Positions 9,169 to 17,272 of a DNA stretch of 28,278 nt are shown one piece after another (position 1 is the stretch's first letter; the number at the start of each line of letters is the position of its first letter). This DNA comes from Solirubrobacterales bacterium (lineage in GTDB: Bacteria; Actinomycetota; Thermoleophilia; Solirubrobacterales; 70-9). Below the pieces are notes generated by a model. It saw only the letters and a program-made list of their open reading frames with translations. It was not told the origin of the DNA and did no database searches. The stretch spans positions 1 to 28,278 of the forward strand of contig JBOGZH010000110.1 of assembly GCA_050697095.1 (NCBI GenBank), written 5' to 3'. The position numbers were made by a program, and so were the translations under genes.

Positions 9169-9564
9169 TCACTCGCCTCGAGCCTCCACCTGCGTCGTTG
9201 CCCATGCGACGGCTGCCGCAGCCCATCGTTGCGCGGTCCGGCGATCGACGGTGCCAGGATCCGGCCCGCCGTAGCGCAGCCTGGCACCGTAAGGGGTGAG
9301 CCTGTCCACGTCCTCGAGCTCCGTGGGGACCGTTGTGCCCGCGTCCGCGCACAGCTCCGTCAAACCGCCGAGATCGTGGGTGAACGGGAAGTCGGCGCGG
9401 GACGCCGCGAGGACAGCCTTGAGCGCCTTCTCGACCGCCTGCTGGCAGTGGAACCCGACGATGGCGTCGGTGACCGCATCGCTTTCGAGCAGCGCACGAG
9501 CCGCCGCCTCATCGTCTCGGGCGAGGCCGAGCAACTCCCGCGCCAGGTCCGCCTGGCTTGCCAT
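9169..9564 (-). CDS. HEPN domain protein (MNT-HEPN pair)
   Basis: GFHCQQAVEKALKAVL, FPFTHDL and LRY motifs; ATG overlaps the upstream TGA (TGATG). Confidence 0.88.
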   Translation of the reverse strand: MASQADLARELLGLARDDEAAARALLESDAVTDAIVGFHCQQAVEKALKAVLAASRADFPFTHDLGGLTELCADAGTTVPTELEDVDRLTPYGARLRYGGPDPGTVDRRTAQRWAAAAVAWATTQVEARGE

Positions 9565-9875
9565 CAAGCGGCGAGAAGCCGACTCTCGGAGAGGGCGGCG
9601 TGGATGACCGAACCTCGAACGTCGCGCCAATCCTCCACGTCGCGTTCGCTCGCGACGATGATGTCCGCGGTGACCCGCAGTCCGTGGAGCACGCGCCGAA
9701 GGCGGATCGCTTCCTCGGCTGGGTTCTCGACCTCCGGCTCGACGACCAGGATGTCGAGATCGCTTCTCGGTCCCGCGGTGCCGCGAGCGTGGGATCCGAA
9801 CAGGAACACCCGCGCAGACGGCGCCGCCTGCGAGATTCGCCGGCCAACCTCGGCGATTGTGCCCTCGTCGATCAT
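9564..9875 (-). CDS. minimal nucleotidyltransferase (MNT)
   Basis: LFGSHARG-x5-SDLDILV motif; 103 aa; translationally coupled to the HEPN gene. Confidence 0.9.
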   Translation of the reverse strand: MIDEGTIAEVGRRISQAAPSARVFLFGSHARGTAGPRSDLDILVVEPEVENPAEEAIRLRRVLHGLRVTADIIVASERDVEDWRDVRGSVIHAALSESRLLAA

Positions 9876-10311
9876 CGATCAGACGGTAGCGCGGAGTCGC
9901 GACGGCACGCGCGGCACGTGCCCGTCCCCCAGCACGGGGCTCCAGAATTGCACCGGGCCCTTTCGCTTTCTCCCGCGCCAAGCGGAAGCGGGCGACCAGC
10001 CAGGGTGACTTCTCTTCCTCGTCCTCAGCGGGAGCCGATGTCCTGTTCGTGGACACGCCTGCTCTGGTGGGTTGCCGGCCCTTCGGCGCGGCTGCCTCGA
10101 GAGTCCGGCACGGTGACCTGCGTCCAGCCACTCGGGCGTAGGGTCGGCCCCGCCGGGGGCTGCAGGCGGACGCATACTCGGAAGCAGGGCGTCATGAATC
10201 CTTGACCGCGTAGTTCCCAAGTCAACGCTCCAGCCGCGCGAACGGCCACCGACGCCCGGTGTCAGATCGGCGGGCTGGGCCCCCGCCATCGCCAACGTTA
10301 CGATCCGCGGC

Positions 10312-10689
10312 ATGATCGCCGGGGCGCACACCATCATCTTCGCCGAGGACGCCGAGCGAGCCCGGACGTTCCTTCGCGATGTGCTGCGGTTCGAGGGGGT
10401 CGATGCGGGCGATGGCTGGCTGATCTTCGCCCTGCCACCAGGCGAGATCGCCATCCACCCCGGGTCGGGCTGGGGCCGCGGGCCGGGGCATCACGTCCTG
10501 TTCTTCATGTGCCACGACATCGAGCAGACCGTCGAGGAGCTCAAGGGCAAGGGCGTCGAGTTCGTATCGCCGATCGAGGACGAGGGCTGGGGCCGGATCG
10601 CGCAGTTCAAGATCCCTGGTGCGGGCGAAATCGGCGTATACGAACCCAGCCATCCAAGCCCGCTCGGAGAGTTCGCGCGTAGCGCCTGA
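10312..10689 (+). CDS. VOC/glyoxalase family protein
   Basis: GAHTIIF...FLRDVL...DAGDGWLIFALPP, FMCHDIEQTVEEL, DEGWG and YEP; TACGAT -10 lies 7 nt before the ATG. Confidence 0.9.
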   Translation: MIAGAHTIIFAEDAERARTFLRDVLRFEGVDAGDGWLIFALPPGEIAIHPGSGWGRGPGHHVLFFMCHDIEQTVEELKGKGVEFVSPIEDEGWGRIAQFKIPGAGEIGVYEPSHPSPLGEFARSA

Positions 10690-10883
10690 AGCGCGCCGCT
10701 CCGGCTGCCCGGCACCGCTGAAGCTGGCCTACGTCATGGGCGGTGCGCCGACCTTCACGCCATTCTCACGGTCAAGATCGGGTTGCCCACACGCCCGCTC
10801 CGGGACGAACGGGAGGCGTGCGAGTCTTCAACCGACGCCCGCTCTGGCCTACGGTTGCGGAAGTCCGCGACGGTGCGGCCGGT

Positions 10884-10958
10884 GCTCTTGCGGCTCGTCC
10901 GGAGCGGGCGCCGTCGGAGCCCGGCGCAGATGCCTCCTTTTATCGGGAAGTGGAACTC
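10884..10958 (-). repeat. diverged ~75-bp repeat, copy A (inverted relative to copy B)
   Basis: Contains TCGTCCGGAGCGGGCG (10895-10910), the exact reverse complement of 12025-12040. Similarity extends on both sides. Confidence 0.65.
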
Positions 10959-11120
10959 GGCTCGTCCGCGCGTGGGACCTCCGGTCTTTCGTCCGTTGCG
11001 GGCAGTGGGTGACTACCCAGCGGAGACGCCTCCTTTCAATAGAAGGGTTATCCGGTTCGCTGCCCCGCTCGTTGACGGCTCCGCCGAGATCTCCGCTCAG
11101 CCTGGGAAGATATCTGCGGA

Positions 11121-11915
11121 TTAGCTGGCAGTGAATCGGCTGATCACCGCTACGTAGTCGGCAGGGTGCGTCGTGTGGGGAACGTGCCCGGCGCCGGGCA
11201 ACGTCCGTACCTCGGCGCTTTCCATGGCCGCCGACAGCCGCGCGATAATCGCCGCGAACATGAGTGGGCTCTGGTCGCCCTGCGTGAAGAGGACCGGGAC
11301 CGAAATCCCGCTCAGGGCGCCGAGATCGATGTCCGCCCACGCCGGATCGAGGGCCTCGCCGGCGAAGGTGTCGGCGTTTCTGACCATGGTCGCGCGGTCC
11401 CCCTCGGGCAACATCTCCCAAGCGCCGGGGCCGAGGACGATCTCGACGAACTCCCGCGCGGCGGCCTCCGGCTCGCCGCGCCCGATCAGCTCCAACACGG
11501 TGGTCACGGCATCGCCAAACGTCGCGACCGCCGGATCGTCGGTGGCGAGCGATATCAGCGGAGGCTCATGAGCGCAGAGTGTGCGGAAGAGCTCGGGTTG
11601 CCGGGCGGCCAGGCCAAGCGCGATCGAGGATCCGAACGAGTTCGCAACCACGTGCGCCGGCGCGAGACCCAGGGTCTCGATTAGGCCCGCGAGGTCATCC
11701 TCGTCGTCGCGGCGCGATCCGGGCTCTGCGCTGTCCTCGCTGCCAGTGTGGCCGCGACGGTCGTAGCTGACCGCGCGGAAGCGGCGCGCGAGATCGTCTT
11801 CGATGAGTGCCCACACTTGCCGGTCGTCCCAGCTTCCGTGAACCAGCACGAGCGGGTCGCCGCTGCCTGACTCCTCCACTAGCAGCCGTACGCTGTTGAT
11901 CTCGCGGAGCGGCAC
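11121..11915 (-). CDS. alpha/beta fold hydrolase
   Basis: LVHGSW, YDRRGH, ANSFG nucleophile elbow, HEPP and GAGHVPH; TAGGCT -10 lies 6 nt before the GTG. Confidence 0.9.
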   Translation of the reverse strand: MPLREINSVRLLVEESGSGDPLVLVHGSWDDRQVWALIEDDLARRFRAVSYDRRGHTGSEDSAEPGSRRDDEDDLAGLIETLGLAPAHVVANSFGSSIALGLAARQPELFRTLCAHEPPLISLATDDPAVATFGDAVTTVLELIGRGEPEAAAREFVEIVLGPGAWEMLPEGDRATMVRNADTFAGEALDPAWADIDLGALSGISVPVLFTQGDQSPLMFAAIIARLSAAMESAEVRTLPGAGHVPHTTHPADYVAVISRFTAS

Positions 11916-11975
11916 GACGAGAGCCTAACTTCTCCCAGAGAACGTACTCGCGTGATCCCCGGCCACGGCCAGCCA

Positions 11976-12051
11976 CAGTCCTCCTTTCCCAGGAAGGGAG
12001 GCGTCGCGCGCACGTCACGCCAGACGCCCGCTCCGGACGACAAGCAGGAGC
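11976..12051 (+). repeat. diverged ~75-bp repeat, copy B
   Basis: CGCCCGCTCCGGACGA core; 23/27 match over 12025-12051 to the reverse complement of 10884-10910. Confidence 0.65.
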
Positions 12052-12566
12052 TCGGGAACCTCGAGCAGCCGCTCCTCGCTTCGCGCGACGAGCGACAGCG
12101 GCCGCGTTAGCTCGCGGGGCAACGACCCGCCGGGCTTGCTATCCCGGTGGTCCGCGCGCCGCACGGCATGGAGGCCCTCGCTTCGCTCGGGAGGTGTGAG
12201 CGGGGCTACGGCTGACCGATGCGATTCCTCTGGCGCAAGCAACCTCGCCTGCACCACGAAGAGATCCGTGCCCGCCTTCAGTGACCGATCACTCCGACCC
12301 GAACGCGTTCCCAGACGTTTGCTTCCTCGCGGTTCGAGCGAACCACGCGAAAGGCTCCTTGCCGTCCGAGTAACCGCCTCTCACCCCCCGCCTTCGCCCC
12401 GCTCACACATTTGCATTCGCCAGGAATCCGGACTTTGAGGGGGCTCGGACCACGTGTCCGTGGATGGCCGCGATCGGAAGGCTGGACTTTTTTGCCGCTC
12501 GGGCGACATGTCTGTAGAGGGCAGTCCGACTAATCGGCGGCTCTGGCGACGTGAAGATAGGGAGAA

Positions 12567-12695
12567 ATGCCCAACGACGGCGGCCCCAAGCTGAAGCTGG
12601 CACCCGAGGTGGTCGACGCGATCGCGCGGCGGGTGATCGAGCTGCTGCCGCGCGTGCTGGTCGCACCCGGGCGAAGGAGGGAGACAGGAGGATGA
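12567..12695 (+). CDS. 42-aa small protein upstream of the integrase (possible truncated excisionase/HTH protein)
   Basis: RBS GGGAGA then MPNDGGPKLKLAPEVVDAIARRVIELLPRVLVAPGRRRETGG; its TGA overlaps the next ATG (ATGA). Not in the supplied ORF track. Confidence 0.5.
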   Translation: MPNDGGPKLKLAPEVVDAIARRVIELLPRVLVAPGRRRETGG

Positions 12696-13025
12696 AACCC
12701 ATGGGCAAGGGGCCCGGCCGCGCTGGCGACGCGCAGGAGTGGTGGCGGCTGTACGCGATGCCGAACCTCGCCATGCGCACCCAGCGGAGCTACGCCGGCC
12801 TCTGGGATCGGCACGTGCTGCCGCGACTGGGCACGATGCGGCTGCAGGACCTCACTCCGGAGGCGATCGAGCGCTACCGGGCCGAGCTCGAGGCCGCCGG
12901 CGTCGGGCAGCCGACCATCTACCGGGCGCTGGCCCTGCTCCAGGGCGTGCTGCAGAGGGCCGTCGAATGGCGCCGGATCGGGCAGAACCCGGTCAGGGCC
13001 GTGCGCAAGCCGAAGCGACGACGGG
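12692..13025 (+). pseudogene. tyrosine integrase remnant, core-binding (SAM-like) domain only
   Basis: EWWRLYA...RTQRSYAGLWDRHVLPRLG..RLQDLTPEAI...LQGVLQRAVEWRRIGQNPVRAVRKPK. No R/HxxR/Y catalytic domain; the frame then runs antisense into the acyl-CoA dehydrogenase. Confidence 0.8.
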
Positions 13026-13054
13026 TCAGAGGACCCAAAAATCGCTGCAAATCC

Positions 13055-14233
13055 TCACAGCCCCATCTCCCGCCCGAGGATCTCCTTCATGATCTCGTCG
13101 GTCCCGCCCCCGATCGGGCCGAGGCGGGCGTCGCGAAGCGCGCGCTCGATTCCGTACTCGCGCATGTAGCCGTAGCCGCCGTGGATCTGCACACACTCGT
13201 CCGCGATCTCGACCATCGCGCGCTGCGTAAACAGCTTCGCCATCGTCACCTCGCGGATCGTGTCCTCGCCGTCGGCGAACAGGTGCAGCGCGTGGTAGGT
13301 GAGCGACCGCGACGCCTCGATCTTCGTCGCCATCTCGGCGAACTTGTGGCGGATTGCCTGGAAGCGGCCGATCGAACGGCCGAACGCCTGGCGCTCCCTC
13401 GCGTACTCGAGCGTGGTGGCGAACACGCGCTGCATGCCGCCGACGGCCGCCAGCGCCATCAGAAGCCTCTCCCAGGCGAAGTTGGCCATGATCAGGTAGA
13501 AGCCGCGGTTCTCCTCCCCGAGCAGGTTCTCCTTCGGCACCTCGACGTCGGTGAACGACAGCTCGGCGGTGTCGGAGGCGTGCCAGCCCATCTTCTCGAG
13601 CTTTCCCGTCACCTCGTAGCCGGGCATGTCGCGCTCGAGGACCAGGAATGACAGCCCCTGGTGCCCGCCCTCCGCGGTGGTCTTCACGGCGCAGACGAGG
13701 AAGTCCGCCCGCACCCCGTTGGTGATGAACGTCTTGCCGCCGTTGACGACGTAGCCGCCCGGGACCCGGCGCGCGAAGGTTCGGGTCGCGGCGACGTCCG
13801 AGCCGCCCCCCGGCTCGGTGATCCCCAGCGCCCCGATCTTCTCGCCGCGAATCGCGGGGCGCAGCCAGCGCTCGTGCTGCTCCGGGGTGCCGAAGTTGAA
13901 GATCGGCGGGGTGGCGATCCCCGCTTGGGCGCCGAGGCCGGCGCCAACGCCGCCGGAGGCTCCGGAGCGCGACAGCTCCTCGATCCACACCGCGTCGTGG
14001 ACGTAGTCGCCGCCCTGGCCGCCCAGCTCCTCCGGGTACTTGAGGCCGAGGAAGCCCAGCTCGCCGCAGCGCTCGTACAGCTCGCGCGGGAACTCGCGCG
14101 CCTCCTCCCACTCGTCCACGTGGGGCGCGATCTCCTTGCGAACGAAGCGGCCGACCGACTCTCGCAGCTGCTCGTGCTCGTCGGTGAAAGGAGGCGGCAG
14201 CGCGCGCTCGCCCGTGTCCTTGATGACGTTCAC
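13055..14233 (-). CDS. acyl-CoA dehydrogenase
   Basis: GITEPGGGSD, NGGKTFITNG, KMGWHASDT, FQAIRHKFAEM, QIHGGYGY and GGGTDEIMK; GTG overlaps the SnoaL stop (GTGA). Confidence 0.95.
   Translation of the reverse strand: MNVIKDTGERALPPPFTDEHEQLRESVGRFVRKEIAPHVDEWEEAREFPRELYERCGELGFLGLKYPEELGGQGGDYVHDAVWIEELSRSGASGGVGAGLGAQAGIATPPIFNFGTPEQHERWLRPAIRGEKIGALGITEPGGGSDVAATRTFARRVPGGYVVNGGKTFITNGVRADFLVCAVKTTAEGGHQGLSFLVLERDMPGYEVTGKLEKMGWHASDTAELSFTDVEVPKENLLGEENRGFYLIMANFAWERLLMALAAVGGMQRVFATTLEYARERQAFGRSIGRFQAIRHKFAEMATKIEASRSLTYHALHLFADGEDTIREVTMAKLFTQRAMVEIADECVQIHGGYGYMREYGIERALRDARLGPIGGGTDEIMKEILGREMGL
13074..13092. repeat. att core, right copy (19-bp direct repeat)
   Basis: CCGAGGATCTCCTTCATGA, identical to 9007-9025; encodes (I)MKEILG. 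Confidence 0.9.
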
Positions 14234-14640
14234 AGCGTCGTGTAGCCGCGGCCCTCGAAGTCGAACCCGAGCAGATCGCCGCGCGGGTTCTTGGGGTCGC
14301 CGTGATGGTAGGCGCGCACCTCGGCAATCCTCCCGTCGCGGAGCCGGAACCACTCGGTGCCGCGGTTGATGCGCCGCTCGCCCGACTTCGGGTGCCGCCA
14401 CGTCATCGCCCACTCGATCACCGCCTCGTCGCCCTGCTCGAGCCCGTGCTCGAGGTGCCATTGGCCCTTGAGGTTCTCCACTCCCCAGCGGGCGTTCTCC
14501 GCGATCGAGCCCGCCCCCTCGTGCGGTCCCAGGCGCGTGTAGTAGTGGACGGCGTCGTCGGTGAAGTGGGCGGCGACCCGATCCACCTCGCCCGTGTTCA
14601 GCGCCTCGTAGTAGCTGCGGATGTGGTCGAGGTTCGACAC
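14230..14640 (-). CDS. SnoaL-like/NTF2 family protein
   Basis: IRSYYEALNTGEVD..AAHFTDDAV, GDEAVIEW and FRLRDGRIAEVRAY. Confidence 0.85.
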   Translation of the reverse strand: MSNLDHIRSYYEALNTGEVDRVAAHFTDDAVHYYTRLGPHEGAGSIAENARWGVENLKGQWHLEHGLEQGDEAVIEWAMTWRHPKSGERRINRGTEWFRLRDGRIAEVRAYHHGDPKNPRGDLLGFDFEGRGYTTL

Positions 14641-14692
14641 CGCGGAGCGAGCCTAGCGGGCGGGGCTGGCCGCGGTGGGCGAATGGGTCCGC

Positions 14693-15120
14693 CTAGCGCA
14701 CCGTGGCGCGCGGCTTCACGTCGTCACCGGACGCCTTGGTGCCGCGCTTGAAGGCCCGCTTGTTCGCGAACTTGAGCTGGCGGGGCAGCTTCACCTTCCC
14801 CCTGCGCAGCGTCGACCCGCCACCCTTCACCCGCGCCTTCATCCGCGGATGCTTGGATCCCGACTTGGTCAGCTCCACCTCGGCGGTCGGGGTGCAGCCG
14901 GCGACCTGGCCTCGACGGGCCCCGCCTGCTTCTCGCCGTTGTGGCCCTCGAAGTCCGTCTGGAAGACCGGCGTCGGGGGATCGCACAAATCGCGCCCCGT
15001 CGAGGCCAGCTTGTCCTGGTTGAAGGTCAGCCTGAATCTTGCGATCGGGATGTCGGGAAGGCCCTCGAACACGTTGCCGGGGCCCGGGGTGAGCAGGAAG
15101 TTGCCACGGAGCTGGATCGC
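14693..15120 (-). pseudogene. frameshifted fragment of a putative secreted/surface protein
   Basis: IQLRGNF...FEGLPDIPIARFRLTF...DLCD...FEGHNGEK..EA joins VAGCTPTAEV...KLPRQLKF in another frame after one missing base near 14909. No start codon or RBS. Confidence 0.55.
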
Positions 15121-15143
15121 CGGCGCCGGTTCCCTACACCGAT

Positions 15144-16364
<1,221 letters not shown>

Positions 16365-16422
16365 GGGCTCCTCCGGTTGGGGTCGCTGGCGGGGGCCGCG
16401 TCCGCGGCCCCGAATCGGGGCG

Positions 16423-16447
16423 AAGTCTACCGCCTAAAGTAGGACTT
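16423..16447. promoter_or_regulatory. imperfect palindrome in the divergent promoter region
   Basis: AAGTCTAC-N8-GTAGGACTT; overlaps a TAGACT -10-like hexamer on the minus strand. Confidence 0.35.
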
Positions 16448-16489
16448 CTCACTTCATACGGGGGAGCGACCCGGTAGGCTCGGGTCGGC

Positions 16490-17272
16490 TTGGACTACGA
16501 CCAGCTTCTCTACGACGTGGCGGACGGCGTTGCCACCGTCACGCTCAACCGGCCGGAGCAACGCAACGCGTTGTCGGGCCAGCTCCTCACCGAGCTGGTC
16601 GATGCGATGGCCCGCGTCCGCAACGACGACGAGGTGCGCGCCGTGGTGCTCACGGGAGCGGGCGAGAAGGTGTTCTGCGCGGGCGCCGATCTGGGCGGGT
16701 TCGCCGCGGACGCGCCGCTCGTGCAGAAGCACTACGGCTCCGATCTCTTCCTCGACTTCTTCAGGCTGATGCCTCGGCTCGGCAAGCCGTCGCTGTGCGC
16801 GGCGAACGGGCACGTGCTCGCGGGCGGGCTGGGGCTCGCGCTGTCGTGCGACCTCGTGATCGCGAAGCAGGGGGTCAGCTTCGGCACGCCCGAGATCAAC
16901 GTCGGCGCCTTCCCCTACATGATCATGTCGCTGATCTACCGCAACGTTCCGCGCAAGGTGGTGAACGAGATGATCCTGCTCGGCGAGCGGCTCAGCGCGG
17001 AGGAGGCGGTGCAGCACGGGCTCGCGAACAGGGTCGTGCCCGCCGAGGAGTTCGACGCCGCGGTCGCCGAGTGGGCCGGCAAGCTGGCGTCGAAGAGCCC
17101 GGTGCTGATGCGCCTCGGCCACGACGCGATGTACCGTCAGCACGACATGGCGCTCGAAGACGCCCTCGACTTCCTGCGCTCGCAGCTCTCGCTGACGTTC
17201 ACGACCGAGGACATCCAGGAGGGCGTGACGGCGTTCTTCGAGAAGCGCGAGCCAGAATGGAAGGGGCGCTGA
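16490..17272 (+). CDS. enoyl-CoA hydratase/isomerase (crotonase family)
   Basis: TLNRPEQRNAL, FCAGADL, NGHVLAGGLGL..SCD and FGTPEI; TTG start. Confidence 0.93.
   Translation: MDYDQLLYDVADGVATVTLNRPEQRNALSGQLLTELVDAMARVRNDDEVRAVVLTGAGEKVFCAGADLGGFAADAPLVQKHYGSDLFLDFFRLMPRLGKPSLCAANGHVLAGGLGLALSCDLVIAKQGVSFGTPEINVGAFPYMIMSLIYRNVPRKVVNEMILLGERLSAEEAVQHGLANRVVPAEEFDAAVAEWAGKLASKSPVLMRLGHDAMYRQHDMALEDALDFLRSQLSLTFTTEDIQEGVTAFFEKREPEWKGR

Larger units (their letters stand above)
9007..13092. mobile_element. decayed tyrosine-integrase integrative element inserted in the 3' end of an acyl-CoA dehydrogenase gene
   Basis: 19-bp direct repeats at both ends, an integrase fragment abutting one end, TA cargo and large non-coding gaps. 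Confidence 0.82.

Noticed and set aside
10065..10130. Minus-strand GGACGCA...GGCAGCCG..GCCGAA and CCGGCAACCC, reminiscent of c-di-GMP-I or SAM riboswitches
   Set aside because: The GGCAAA/GAAA/CAAAG elements of c-di-GMP-I and the GGTGC partner of SAM aptamers are missing; kept only as an unassigned structure
12060..12420. GC-rich hairpins and CTCGCTTCGC repeats (~12075, ~12177)
   Set aside because: Too short and GC-rich to distinguish from chance without computation; no recognisable ORF or RNA family
12551..13651. 366-aa ORF as a full-length integrase
   Set aside because: After about KPKRRR the sequence is just the antisense of the ACAD gene and lacks all catalytic residues
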